Assembly: GCA_964016885.1 (NCBI GenBank)
Contig: OZ024741.1
Location: forward strand, 225,122,001-225,186,000
Direction of reading: 5' to 3'
DNA from: Eledone cirrhosa
Taxonomy: Eukaryota
DNA length: 64,000 nt
Shown: piece after piece, positions 1 to 11,612 of the stretch
Layout of the letters: every line of letters starts with the position of its first letter
Numbering within the stretch: position 1 is the stretch's first letter
Position numbers and translations under genes: made by a program
The notes under the pieces: model-generated
What the model saw: only the letters and a program-made list of their open reading frames with translations
Databases searched by the model: none
Told to the model about the DNA's origin: nothing

Positions 1-260
1 TAGTGTTTCTGTTGAGGTATTGTTAGTGTTTTTGTTGTTGGTTGTTGAGGTGTTGTTAGTGTTTTTGTTGTTGGTGTTGTGGTATTGTTAGTGTTTCTTT
101 TGTTGATGTTGGAGGTTATGGTGTCATTAGTATTTTTGTTGTTGATGTTGTTGTTAGTTGTGGTGTCGTTATTATTTTTGTTGTTGATGTTGTTGGTTGT
201 GGTGTCGTTATTATTTTTGTTGTTGATGTTGTTGGTTGTGGTGTAGTTGATGTTTTTCTT
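1..260. repeat. Low-complexity GT-rich minisatellite (~39-bp unit), cut by the window edge
   Basis: Unit ggtgtcgttattatttttgttgttgatgttgttggttgt at ~162-200 and ~201-239, with degenerate copies upstream. Minus strand reads Thr/Asn-rich. Confidence 0.6.
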
Positions 261-879
261 GTTGCTTTAATCCAATCGATCGACCTTTGTAATATCAAGG
301 TGCATCTTCAAAAATTGTTATGAATACACAACAAACCAAGTGTGTGCGTGTGTATGTGTGTGAGTGTATGTGTGTGAGTGTATGTGTGTGCGTGCGTATA
401 TGTATATATACGTGTGAGTGTGCGTGCGTGTGAGTATTGGACACTGTGGGTCCCGGTCCTTCGACTAGAGATCCATTTATTCGAACAACGAAACTTCCAG
501 CTCGGGATATTAACATGCAAGTGCTGTACATTCCACAAACACATGTACTATTAATATAGCTCTCAAGAAAATTCAGCATTATACAGTGTGTCCTTTGAAT
601 TACAGGTAAAACTCATTCCTGCCGGCTGCGTCGACTTGAAAAACAGTAATAACAGCCTTTAGAGAGTGTGTATTTGTCAAAATACTGATAAAACTTTCAC
701 AGCAGGTATTAACTACCGTATATTCCTCCATGTATTGCACGCATTCGTGTATAACGTGCACTCATCTCATTTTGAACAGAAACATGCCCGGAAAAGCCGA
801 GTTTTGGTGTATAACATTTAGTTATGGTGTATACCTCGTACCCCCAAAACAAACAAGGAAAAAAAAATGCGCGGTAATC

Positions 880-1023
880 ACGGAAGTCAGTATTCGGATA
901 GAATGCTTTGCGGTATTTGTTCCGGTTCTCTGAAATCTTTGAGTTGAAATCGTCCAGGTCAACTTTGCCTTTCAATTTTTTAGGGTCAATAAAAAAAAAA
1001 GCAGTTAAGTACTGGTGTCGATT
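880..1023 (+). mobile_element. Degenerate tRNA-type SINE
   Basis: gagttgaaatc (B-box-like) followed by gtcaactttgcctttca...gggtcaataaaa...gtactgg, matching the intact SINE copies in the window. Confidence 0.6.
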
Positions 1024-1803
1024 CTTCCTCTATATCTCTTTCTCTTTCTCTAACACACTATCTCTCCTTCTGTGGAAAAAAAATAGCTATATTCAGATAC
1101 GGAGAGAGCGGTCAACTCCGCCATGTTTATGACACGCTGAAGACACATCGTATGTCACGACAACGATCCTACAGCTCTACCAGGAGTTAGAAGTCTATAC
1201 ATACATACAGGATGATGGCTTCCCCCTCGTTATCGAGTATGGCCATTGCATGATATACCATTATTAATTAATTCTATCGTGCAATGCCTGTGCGTGAAGA
1301 TATTTTTTAAAGTAAGGAAAGACTGCACTGAGCCAATCCCGCTCTCTGAGTGACAGTAGCTATATATAACCCGAAAGGAAGAAAATATTAACATCATCGG
1401 TAACTACCAAGCCGCAGGTTCTATATCGGAGTTATCCCAGTTTCCTGAGTTGCCTTCTCCTAGGAGAATGCCCTGACAAAGGCTAGGGGTCCTTCACTCC
1501 CAGTGGTTTAACCGCGCGATCGGGTGTCCAGTCCGACTATTTCATATGTACATGTGTATACACATATTTACCCACTTTTGGATGGCCGTTGACTCTCATC
1601 AGTTCTTCCGCCCTTTGCCAGGTATTGTTTTTTGTCCTGCAGGGTGTCCAAAATCACCCTCCTCACCAAGTAAACTTGATGAGGTTGCCGGTTTAGTCGC
1701 CGACGACCCGACCATGCGACAGGTTGTACTGCGTTACATGTTACCAGTAGCACTCAAGAGTGACCCGACATACATACATACACACACACATACATACATA
1801 CAT

Positions 1804-2089
1804 GGTGGCTGCCAACTCGTTTTCGAGTACGGCCACTACTTTATAAACATGTAGGAGAACCCCTACCGATGCACTGAACAAGTGTGACTTTTTAGTCCAG
1901 CCAGTGACTTGAAAACTCTGGTACAAACACTACACTTGTGACAATTATTGACACATAGTGCTGGGCCCATGGTACCATGTGATGACAAGTGCAGAGAGAT
2001 CTCCAGATATAAAGCAATGCCTGTGCCGTGAAGCTTTTATAGTGAGCAAAGGCACTGCACAAAGCCAGTCCCACTCTCTTAACCAAGAT
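1804..2089 (+). mobile_element. ~290-bp non-coding interspersed element inserted in (CATA)n
   Basis: Closely similar second copy at 53233-53530 (-) with the same 5' nucleotide (GGTGGCT). Both copies are flanked by (TACA)n on both sides. Confidence 0.8.
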
Positions 2090-2625
2090 ACATACATACA
2101 TACATACATTAATCGTTGTATACACATTTCCATACTTAAGACTATTTAAAGAAGTAACTACACAACAAAACAAAGTAACTCAAAACGCTGATTTTAGCTA
2201 TTGGATTACATTTATTGAATGGTTAAGTTACATTGAACTTTATAGACCAATAAAATGAGAAACTAGTTGAATAAAAGTGAGTAAGGAATCTCCTTACGGA
2301 CAGGGCGCTGCTACAGGTAAATGACTGAAACTATCCAGTCTGGAAAGATTTTTTTTTTCTCTGAAGAAAGCAAAAGATGCTGTTTTTGTGTTGGATCACT
2401 AAAACGTATAATATAGTGTTGAATAATATATATTTAAGAAATGTTCATATTGGGATCGTTACATTACAAAAACAACACCAACAACACCATGAATAGCAAT
2501 AAAACCCCTCTCCCCAAAACAAAAACCGGGAACAGACGCATTAACAACACACACGATACCCTCAACACTGACAGAATCGTAATATATGTCCCACCCCGCT
2601 TATTCCTTCCCTATTATTTGGGACT

Positions 2626-2717
<92 letters not shown>

Positions 2718-2891
2718 TAGATAGATAGATATTCGTGGTGATTTCTTACGAATGAAACAGTTCTAGTTGTGTAGAAGTCATTCCTATAATAAAATGAATA
2801 TTCCTATACTCTTCTACCGTATTGAGTACACTGTTTTGACTGTGGTCGCCTCTCGAATTATATTAGGATCATAATATATATATATATATAA

Positions 2892-2932
<41 letters not shown>

Positions 2933-3014
2933 CCAATATATATATATATTTATATATATATATATATGTATATGTATATATATATATAACCAATATATAT
3001 ATATTTATATTGGT

Positions 3015-3103
<89 letters not shown>

Positions 3104-3129
3104 CCAATATATATATATATATATATATT

Positions 3130-3292
3130 GGCGTATTAGAGCTCTGTGACTCGTGCTTGTTAAGCCTACCCAGTAAAGTCTATGCTAAGTGTCTGGCAAA
3201 GAGATGCAGGGAAATTATCGAGTCCAAGCTAATTGATGAACAGTGTGGTTTTCTCCCAGGACGCAACACAACCGACTAAATATTTACAGTGA
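3130..3292 (+). pseudogene. RTE-clade reverse transcriptase fragment
   Basis: [39 protein letters not shown] matches the non-LTR RT region ending in QxGFxxGRxTxD; similar to 61760-61900. Confidence 0.75.
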
Positions 3293-3533
3293 GAAACTTG
3301 TATAGACATACAAACAGTGAATCAATCAGTTACAATTAGTTAACAGTTATTCACATAATATATAAACACACCTACAGGTCATCAGGAGTATTGAGCAAGA
3401 TTAAATGCAACATAACGCGTATTAAGAACATTAGCAAATAATGAATATAGGCGAACAATGTAAGAAAGCAGCCAACGCAGTTGCATGTAAAGAGTGGCAA
3501 TTAGAGAGAAGTATTTTTATTTTAGGCGTATGT

Positions 3534-3649
3534 ATTTACGGCCATATCACACTGAAAACACCGGTTAGATCACCGAAGTTATGCAACGTGGAGCCTAATT
3601 AGTACTTAGATGGGTGACCATTTGGGAAACCTAAGTGCTGTAAGCATTT
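3534..3649 (+). pseudogene. 5S rRNA-derived sequence (retroposed, ~7-nt internal deletion)
   Basis: TACGGCCAT..CTGAAAACACCGGTT..GATCACCGAAGTTA..TTAGTACTTAGATGGGTGACC..TGGGAA..GTGCTGTAAGC follows the metazoan 5S consensus from end to end. The CTCGTCC segment is missing. Confidence 0.9.
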
Positions 3650-4045
3650 CCTTTCAAGGGCGATGGATTGACAGTATCGGTAGAGGGTCGGACGCCATGA
3701 TGTGTAGCATAGAGTTACGGCCCTTTATGAACTGAGTTCAAATCCGGCCGAGGTTAACTTTGCTTTTCATCCTTACGGGGTAGATGAAATAAAGTACCAG
3801 TCACGCACTGGTCGCCGATTTAATCGACTGTCCCTTCCCCCCAAAATTGCTGCCTATATAAGAAACCATTTGGCAGTATCGGTAGAGGGTCGGACGCCAT
3901 GCTTTCCAGCATAGTTACGTCCCTTTACGATCTGAGTTCAAATCCCGCCGAGGTTGACTTTGCCTTTCATCCTTACGGGGTCGATAAAATAAAGTACCAG
4001 TAATGCACTGGTTAATTGCTGGCCTTGTGCCTAACGTAGAAACAA
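3534..4045 (+). mobile_element. Composite retroposon: 5S head + full SINE + 5'-trimmed SINE, with 17-bp TSD
   Basis: TTATTTTAGGCGTATGT at 3517-3533 and 4046-4062. SINE monomers at ~3658-3870 and ~3870-4045. Confidence 0.85.
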
Positions 4046-4148
4046 TTATTTTAGGCGTATGTGGCACAAGGCCTGTGAGTGTTGGATAAACAATAATACA
4101 ATAGTAACATGTCACATACAGAGAGAGAAACAGTTTAAAACATATAAT

Positions 4149-4335
4149 TGTTTCTAGTTTTGGCACAAGGCCAGCAATAACTCAGTGTATTACTGGTACT
4201 TTATTTTATCAACCCCATAAGGATGAAAGGCAAAGTTAACCTCGGCGGGATTTGAACTCAGAATGGCAAGGGCCGTAACTCTATACGTCAAAGCATGGCG
4301 TCCGATCCTCTACCGTTACTGCCAATCCACCGCCC
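4149..4335 (-). mobile_element. Full-length tRNA-type SINE (Deu/Nin-like core) with 15-bp TSD
   Basis: A-box-like TGGCAGTAACGGTAG, B-box GAGTTCAAATCC and core ctttgcctttcatcctt..gataaaataaagtaccag. TSD TTTAAAACATATAAT at 4134-4148 and 4336-4350. Confidence 0.9.
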
Positions 4336-4554
4336 TTTAAAACATATAATAATAATTAAATAGTTTTTGTATTAATAGATGTGCAATAGGTAAGTTCATT
4401 GTTATTATCAATCATGTTAGTCAGTCGGATATAACAGAAAGTCAGAAGCAGAGACATGAGCCAGTATATCTAACAGCGTTCACAAAACATAACAATCGGT
4501 GTTACGACTTCGAGGCGGTGTATTTTGTCTACTTTCTTTCATTGCTTGCCTAAG

Positions 4555-4750
4555 CGTCGGTCACTATGCTTTGTGACATAGAGTTACGGTCCTTTACGTT
4601 CTGGGTTCAAATCCCGCTGACGTTAGCTTTACCTTTCATCTTTACGGGGTCGATAAAATAAAGTACCAGTCACGCACTGGGGTCGATTTAATCGACTTTC
4701 CCCCCTTTCTCAAAATTGCTGGCCTTATGCCTTAATAAGAAACCATTATT
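4555..4750 (+). mobile_element. 5'-truncated SINE of the same family
   Basis: B-box GGGTTCAAATCC, core and tail aattgctggcc...agaaaccatt. Confidence 0.85.
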
Positions 4751-5134
4751 TACTAATGTTCTTGATATGTGTTTTGTTGAGTTAAATCATTCTGAATACT
4801 CCTGATTACCAACAACTGAGTTTATATACTATGTGGATAATTATTAAATAATTATGCTAGATTGATTCATTGTTTGCATGTATATTCAAGTTTCTCACCC
4901 GTATAGGAACAATTGTAGAGATTAAAGATGGATTTAATTTAAAATCCTTGGCTTTTCTCAATTGAAATATTTATGCTCTGCTGCCCCCACCGTCTTTAAC
5001 AGCAAGAAACTTAACCTTCTGAAGACCTTTTCGATTGTTTTGAATCCCTACTTACTGTAGACCTCAAGTGCACTTTTCATACCTTATCAAAAATTAATAG
5101 TGGAATATTCCATTATCATTAGTCTCTCTCTCTC

Positions 5135-5187
<53 letters not shown>

Positions 5188-5229
5188 CAATATATTAATA
5201 AATGGAAACTATATTTATAAAACCATATT

Positions 5230-5295
5230 TATTTTATTATACATATTTCAAGGGCAACCAAGGCAAATTATGGTGCGCTTTCATCAGATAAAATA
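5230..5295 (-). ncRNA. Type I hammerhead ribozyme (inverted copy of 5511-5576)
   Basis: Reverse complement of the + copy. Confidence 0.75.
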
Positions 5296-5510
5296 CAGAT
5301 TTGTTTTATAAATAAATATTGACATACCGGGAAAAAAAGACAACCTTAACGGTTGGAGCTTCCTGGATAGTGTTTGCGTTACAAGTCGAACACAAGGATA
5401 CAATAACATAAAGTCTTATTAATTTCACGCTTGTTGGAGATGGAAAGCTCCAACCGTTAAGGTTGTCTTTTTTTCCGGGTATGTCAATATTTATTTATAA
5501 AACAAATCTG

Positions 5511-5576
5511 TATTTTATCTGATGAAAGCGCACCATAATTTGCCTTGGTTGCCCTTGAAATATGTATAATAAAATA
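5511..5576 (+). ncRNA. Minimal type I hammerhead ribozyme
   Basis: Stem I TATTTTAT/ATAAAATA; core CTGATGA at 5519-5525; stem II AAG.GCA.CCA/TGG.TGC.CTT; GAAA at 5557-5560; short stem III; AUA triplet. Confidence 0.75.
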
Positions 5577-5721
5577 AATATGGTTTTATAAATATAGTTT
5601 CCATTTATTAATATATTGTGTATTTACTCCACTAAACTGTTGAGTGCTTTATATCAGTTATAAACATTTTAAAGCTTGTTGAATCCCAACAAATTAAATA
5701 TAACCTCTGCATATATATATA

Positions 5722-5803
5722 TATTATTACCCACTCTACTACCCTAAGTATTGAGTACTCTGGTGCGTTATGGTCCATCTGGTTCCTTACCACAACTCCT
5801 TCG

Positions 5804-5804
<1 letters not shown>
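5722..5804 (+). mobile_element. 3'-terminal fragment of Penelope-like family B in (TA)n
   Basis: Near-exact reverse complement of 10802-10882 and 63551-63631. Confidence 0.8.
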
Positions 5805-5847
<43 letters not shown>

Positions 5848-6540
5848 ATAGATACATACGTACACACACACAGAAACAAAATGGCTGACACGTACACTCA
5901 CGAAATGTACTTTATCGGCGCACACATAACTCTACCAATAATGGACACTGACTCTCCCACTCGCTCCCACCCCGCACTCCGAACACCTTGCTTGCCCATT
6001 TCATCCATCCCACAAATCCTTTTTTCTCATTTTTCCCAAAACTACCAGTCTCTTATTTTTCTGAACTTCACGAGATTGCGACGAAGAACTAACGTCCGAT
6101 ATGTTGAAACAATCCTTTTCCAACAAGCGTGAAATTAATAAGACTTTATGTTATTGTATCCTTGTGTTCGACTTGTAACGCAAACACTATATGAATGAAG
6201 ATATTTACTTCTCCGTTCCGAGCATCCTATTCCCCGCAGTAATCTCATTAATTCGTCGAAACTGCTGAAGGTTGAGTTCCGATGAGCATATTCTAATGAC
6301 CTGTTCGCTTTCATCCATTCTTTCTTTTCCTCCATCCTATCTTCTCTTCCGTCCTTCGAGTCAACTCAGATCTAGCTGCTGATCTCTGTCCTTCGAGGTA
6401 AAATTTTACCCAACGCCGCTTCGACGATATTTTGCTTTTCTAACAACTTCCGTACGCAGAGGTTTCCCATTTTCCTGAGAATCATAATACACTCACGTTT
6501 CAAAAATCTATTTTCAAGTTAATTTGTTTATATATATGTA

Positions 6541-7283
6541 TTCTCACTTCCTCCCGTTTGGCTAACAGTGGGCCTCTTCTTGCTTACATCCCACTCACGC
6601 TGGACGTGTCTGTACCTTTCGCTCATGAAATCCACCCAGCTTATGCTGACCAGGACTACCATGTTGCTTGTTTATTTTCTTTCTTTGGTTTGCTTTTATC
6701 CTTCCATGTTGTTCACTTGTCCCCCTCGCTTTACCCGATTTACTGGTCCCAATAACTTTTTTTAGTTATTGCTCGCACCAACCTGAGGTATCTGATTTTT
6801 AATGCGATGTAATACCAATGATGGCTGGAAAATCACTGACGAAGGACTATTTTTATCATATGTAACCCATATGCAACCACGCAGTATTCTTCTTTCTATA
6901 TATATTCACCTCGGCTGCGTTTGTCTGTTTCTCTCTTACTGCTTCCCCGTTCACTCTGTTTCTCTCACCTTCTTTCGCCCCCTCTGTCAGTTACACTTTC
7001 TCTCGACTGACCGCTTCCTCGCACTTCCACTCACTCACTCTCTGTTTCTCCCCTTCTCACTTCCTCCTGTTTGGCTAACAGTGGGCCTCTTCTTGCTTAC
7101 ATCCCACTCACGCTGGACGTGTCTGTACCTTTCGCTCATGAAATCCACCCAGATTATGCTGACCAGGACTACCATGTTGCTTGTTTATTTCCTTTCTTTG
7201 GTTTGCTTTTATCCTTCCATGTTGTTCATTTGTCCCCCTCGCTTTACGCGATTTACTGGTCCGAATAACTTTTTTTAGTTATA
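6541..7283 (+). repeat. Direct ~230-bp duplication (6541-6770 / 7054-7283), probably a partial tandem pseudo-LTR
   Basis: Near-identical copies. The first is followed by a truncated hammerhead start (CTGACGAAGGACT at ~6836). Confidence 0.65.
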
Positions 7284-7625
7284 TATATATATGTTTTTAT
7301 ATATATATATATTTGAAAAAAAGGAAAAGAATGACTTCACTTGTAGTTCTAAATAATTTGATTTAATGTTATAATATTATAATATTATGAGTTGGTAGAT
7401 CTAGTAAGTGCTTTGTTAACTTCGGTGGGAAGAATTTTAAAGATTCCTGGTTAACTTTCTTGGATAACTTTCTCGCATTCGTCGGTGGCGATTGTCAAAC
7501 TGAGATCAGGTTGTGTTGTGATGTGTGACTCTCTATATATGAGAGATTTGGATGTGTCTGGAGTGTGGAGTGTGGTGTTAATGAGTGTTGATGAAGATTT
7601 AAAGGAATTAAAACATACACACACA

Positions 7626-7687
<62 letters not shown>

Positions 7688-8278
7688 TGTACACACAGAA
7701 AATGGTGAGGTTGACATCAAGATAAGTGTCTTTATGAAAGTGATTGTAAAAAATCCCCCCTGCTGGTTTTATTTTAATAGATGACCTTTGATGAATATAA
7801 TGGCAGAATGTTTTTCAAATTTGTTTCTTATAGCTGAATCAACTCTCTTAAATTTATAAAGAATATCTTCTACAAATTTCTATATCAAAGATGAATTAGG
7901 TGCGTGTCTGATACATGTCTTTTGATAAGAACGGGATGACAGTAAAAAGAGAAAGAGAAGGATAGTTTTGGAACGTTTGTCAGAAATGTATGTTGTTGAT
8001 ATTGGTTTGGGTGGGGAAGTTCGGGTGGGAGGGGGCATGCTAGCTCACATATTCACTTCCCTATATGTAAATATATTTACAGTCCATATATATTACATAC
8101 ATACACACACACACATACACACATACACACATACACACACACACACATACACACACATATCTACACACACACACACACACACACAGATATATATATACAC
8201 ACATACCCACACACATATATAAACATACATATATAAACATACACATATATACACACACATGCATACGCATATACATAC

Positions 8279-8318
<40 letters not shown>

Positions 8319-8386
8319 AAATATATACACATACATACACATGCATACACCCACAAATACATGTGCATACATACGTATACACATAA

Positions 8387-8438
<52 letters not shown>

Positions 8439-8572
8439 TAGAATTGGTGCTCTGAAATAGCGATATATATGAATGTATGCTTAATTAAAAGCATTTCGAA
8501 GACCTTACGCTATTGTTTTAGAGTAGTGACAGTCTCACTTACTTTAAATTTTCAGCAAACAAGGGGAGATAA

Positions 8573-8617
8573 AGCTGACAGAGCTCTGTTTCGTACTTTT
8601 TGGTACTTATCAAAGCT
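8573..8617 (-). ncRNA. Hammerhead ribozyme, U3-A8 variant (inverted copy)
   Basis: Exact reverse complement of 8637-8681. Confidence 0.7.
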
Positions 8618-8636
8618 AAGTACAGGTGGAGTACTT

Positions 8637-8681
8637 AGCTTTGATAAGTACCAAAAAGTACGAAACAGAGCTCTGTCAGCT
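8637..8681 (+). ncRNA. Hammerhead ribozyme, U3-A8 core variant
   Basis: AGCT-TTGATAA-GTAC(CAAAAA)GTAC-GAAAC-AGAGCTCT-GTC-AGCT: all three stems are present, with a GUC triplet. Confidence 0.7.
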
Positions 8682-9193
8682 TTATCTCCCCTGTTTGCAG
8701 AAAATTTAAAGTAAGTGAGACTGTCACTACTCTAAAACAATAGCGTAAGGTCTTTGAAATGCTTTTAATTAAGCATACAGTGTATTACAAATACAATATG
8801 TATACATTCATATATATATATATCACATATATATACACACATATATATCACACACACGCACGTGCATACATACACATATATACACTCACACACATATGCA
8901 CACCTATATATACACATGTACACACATATTTGTACACCTACAGACATATATACAAACACATCTACACACACATATAGGTACACACATCTACTCAAGCATT
9001 TAAGTTCACATATATATTGGTGTGGGGAAGGGTGAATTAATGAAATGTTAGTGTAGCTCTGAGGGTTTTTCTTCTCTTCAACGATCGAATGTTTGAAAGT
9101 ACGGGTGTCATCAACTTCTATTTTTCTTTTTCAATATGAGATTTTTTAAAGAAAAGAGAGAGGGGGAGAATCCCGTTACTTGAAGATGGAATA

Positions 9194-9541
9194 TCACTTT
9201 TTTGTGTTCAGTAGTGGTTTGTATTTTCTAATAAAGAATTCTTCGTTATATTTACGGAAATGTTCGTTGTCCGACCATATCTTAAAGAAGGGGAAAATTG
9301 TGAATTTTCCTTTTCCGCATGTTGTGAAGTGTTCACTGCATGTGGTGTTTCTGACAGAGGGGTCTCTAATATGTTGTTTATGTACACGAACTCTGTCATG
9401 TAGACCCGTTCGGGTTTCACCAATGTAGTATTCTTTACCTTGTAGGCAGGTTGCATAGTAAATCAAGTTTTTGGTTTTGCAATTCATGTTTGCATTAACT
9501 GCGAAAGTCTGGTTGTTTTTAAAGGAGATTTTTCCACCCTC
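9194..9541 (-). pseudogene. Penelope-type GIY-YIG endonuclease C-terminus
   Basis: CKTKNLIYYATCLQGKEYYIGETRTGLHDRVRVHKQHI...EEFFIRKYKPLLN: LIY/YIG motifs, catalytic R and H, E, and terminal N. Confidence 0.9.
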
Positions 9542-9680
9542 TATAAGAAACGAATTTGAAAAACATCCTGCCATTATATTCATCAAAGGTCATCTATTGA
9601 AATAAAACCAGCAGGAGGGGATTTTTTACAACCAATTTCATAAACACCCTTATCTTGATGTCAACCTCACCATTCTCTGT

Positions 9681-9717
<37 letters not shown>

Positions 9718-10396
9718 TTAATTCCTTTAAATCTTCATCAACACTCATTAACACCACACTCCACACTCCAGACACATCCAAATCTCTCATATATAGAGAG
9801 TCACACATCACAACACAACCTGATCTCAGTTTGACAATCGCCACCGACGAATGCGAGAAAGTTCTCCACGAAAGTTAACCAGGAATCTTTAAAATTCTTC
9901 CCACCGAAGTTAACAAAGAACTTATTAGATCTACCAACTCATAATATTATAATATTATAACATTAAATAAAATTATCAGTGGCGTGAATAGGACCATCGA
10001 CAGCCAGAAATAGCAGCCGAGTCTATTCAACTGATGACGCTGTGCAATGTGTGTATTTTTAAAAAAAATGCAACACGTTGTTCGAGTCATTCACAGATGT
10101 GCATTTGCTTTGTAAACGCAGATAGTTATCTTCTTCTCCTTTGGTGAACATCCGTGAATTTGACTACTGTGATTTACGTATAAGAAATAAATATATACTT
10201 GAAGAAATATATACAAAGGAGATTAATCATTTTAAAAGGTATCTATATTTGAAGTTCTAGTTAAACTTTAATTAGTTACCTACCTAGCTATGTGTGCTTA
10301 CATTCTTTACAAATTATTCCCTGTGATTGTTTCATATGTTTATTTATATATATATGTTAATCTATTTCTAGTTGATATATATATATATATATTTAT

Positions 10397-10757
10397 TAAA
10401 ATAACAGATTAAAGTTTAAGCAAAGAATCGCTGCTTTCACCCTTAACGGGATCTTCTGAAACTAACAAAGTCAATCTGTGAACGCAGAAGTAAATATTTC
10501 AAAAAGCGTTGCAACCGGAGAAAGACAGGAAGACTTTGGTTCGTGGAAACGTATCGTCTTCCTGTCTTCCTCCGGTTGTAACATGTTTTGAAATATCCAG
10601 TTCTGCGTTCACAGATTGACTTTGTTAGTTTCAGAAGATCCCGTTAAGGGTGAAAGCAGCGATTCTTTGCTTAAACTTTAATCTGTTATTTTATATCTTA
10701 TATATATTTATCCTTATCGAGCCCTCTTTGGATTTTAGTCTTCAAATTGATTATTAT

Positions 10758-10762
<5 letters not shown>
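10397..10762. mobile_element. Inverted pseudo-LTR hairpin (family E) in (TA)n
   Basis: ~137-bp inverted arms at 10397-10534 and 10557-10693. The loop holds a hammerhead 3' half, GAAACGTATCGTC. Confidence 0.7.
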
Positions 10763-10801
<39 letters not shown>

Positions 10802-10803
<2 letters not shown>

Positions 10804-11019
10804 CGAAGGAAATGTGGTAAGGAACCAGGAGGACCATAACGCACCAAAGTACTCAATACTTAGGGTAGTAGAGTGGGTAATAGGAACAAGTAAGACCCCG
10901 ACGGCTGAGCTCAAGCCGTTTCGACGGCTAATTCTGGACTGGAATTAGCCGCCGAATCATCAGTCCAGAATTAGCCGTCGAAACGGCTTGAGCTCAGCCG
11001 TCGGGGTCTTACTTGTTCC

Positions 11020-11022
<3 letters not shown>
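10802..11022. mobile_element. Inverted pseudo-LTR (family B) in (TA)n
   Basis: Inverted arms at 10880-10941 and 10961-11022. Same family as 63551-63755 and 5722-5804. Confidence 0.8.
10894..10963 (-). ncRNA. Hammerhead-like motif lacking the stem I 5' strand
   Basis: CTGATGA-ttc-12-bp stem II-GAAAC-GGC(TTGAGCTCA)GCC-GTC. The inversion junction removes the upstream stem I arm. Confidence 0.5.
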
Positions 11023-11050
<28 letters not shown>

Positions 11051-11065
11051 GTGTCGGGTAAAATC

Positions 11066-11245
11066 TTTACCTCAAAGGACAGAAATCATTGGCTAGAAGT
11101 GTGTTGGTCCGCATAAGTGATTAGAAGAAAGGAGGCAGGTTTGTGTGATCTTGTCTCATCCATTTTCTTCCTTTTCTCCTTTCTTCCTATCACTTCTGCG
11201 GTCCAACACACTTCTAGCCGCTGATTTCTCTTCTTTGAGGTAAAA
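11066..11245. repeat. Imperfect inverted repeat element
   Basis: tttacctcaaag...ggctagaagtgtgttgg versus ccaacacacttctagcc...ctttgaggtaaa. Related sequence at ~6340-6410. Confidence 0.6.
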
Positions 11246-11612
11246 AGTAATACACTGGGATAATTGCTGGCCTTGTACCAATAGTAGAAACAATTATATT
11301 TACAAGTTGCCTTTTAATCAGAGTGGATAGCAGTAGGAACATTTTTACTGCAAGATGCAACAACCTTATCTCGAACTTTGAAATCTTTCTGATGAAATAC
11401 CGTATTTAGCGTATTGCTAATGAATGGGCATAATAATAATAATAATATGCAGCCACCACTATGTAGACTTATATTAATTTTCAAAAATGTGTTAAAGAAT
11501 GAACTTTTGATAACATTCTTTACTTGTTTCTATACTTCACGCCTAGTGTTTGTTTTTCCTATACATTTAAAAATATTATTACTCCGTGATCTTCCACCTG
11601 GATACTATAATA

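Larger units (their letters stand above)
5187..5710. mobile_element. Penelope-like pseudo-LTR in inverted arrangement (family A) inside (TA)n
   Basis: ~175-bp near-perfect inverted arms at 5187-5362 and 5442-5619, with the right arm extended to 5710. Each arm carries a hammerhead motif. Confidence 0.8.
8474..8779. mobile_element. Near-perfect ~150-bp-arm palindrome (pseudo-LTR family D) with 7-nt loop AGGTGGA
   Basis: Arms at 8474-8623 and 8631-8779, flanked by TA/CA repeats. Each arm has a hammerhead. Confidence 0.8.
7330..10370 (-). mobile_element. Decayed Penelope-like element with direct and inverted pseudo-LTRs, interrupted by microsatellites and a nested element
   Basis: GIY-YIG remnant at 9194-9541 (-). 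The segment 7352-7832 is the reverse complement of 9541-9975, including a shared CA tract. Confidence 0.7.

Noticed and set aside
3534-3649. Functional 5S rRNA gene
   Set aside because: Internal deletion, broken terminal stem, no T4 terminator, solitary, and enclosed in a TSD.
10024-10130. Hammerhead at CTGATGA ~10030
   Set aside because: No properly placed GAAA or stem III; at best decayed.
11385-11425. CTGATGA-AATAC/GTATT hammerhead candidate
   Set aside because: GAAA is replaced by GCTA and there is no stem I/III.
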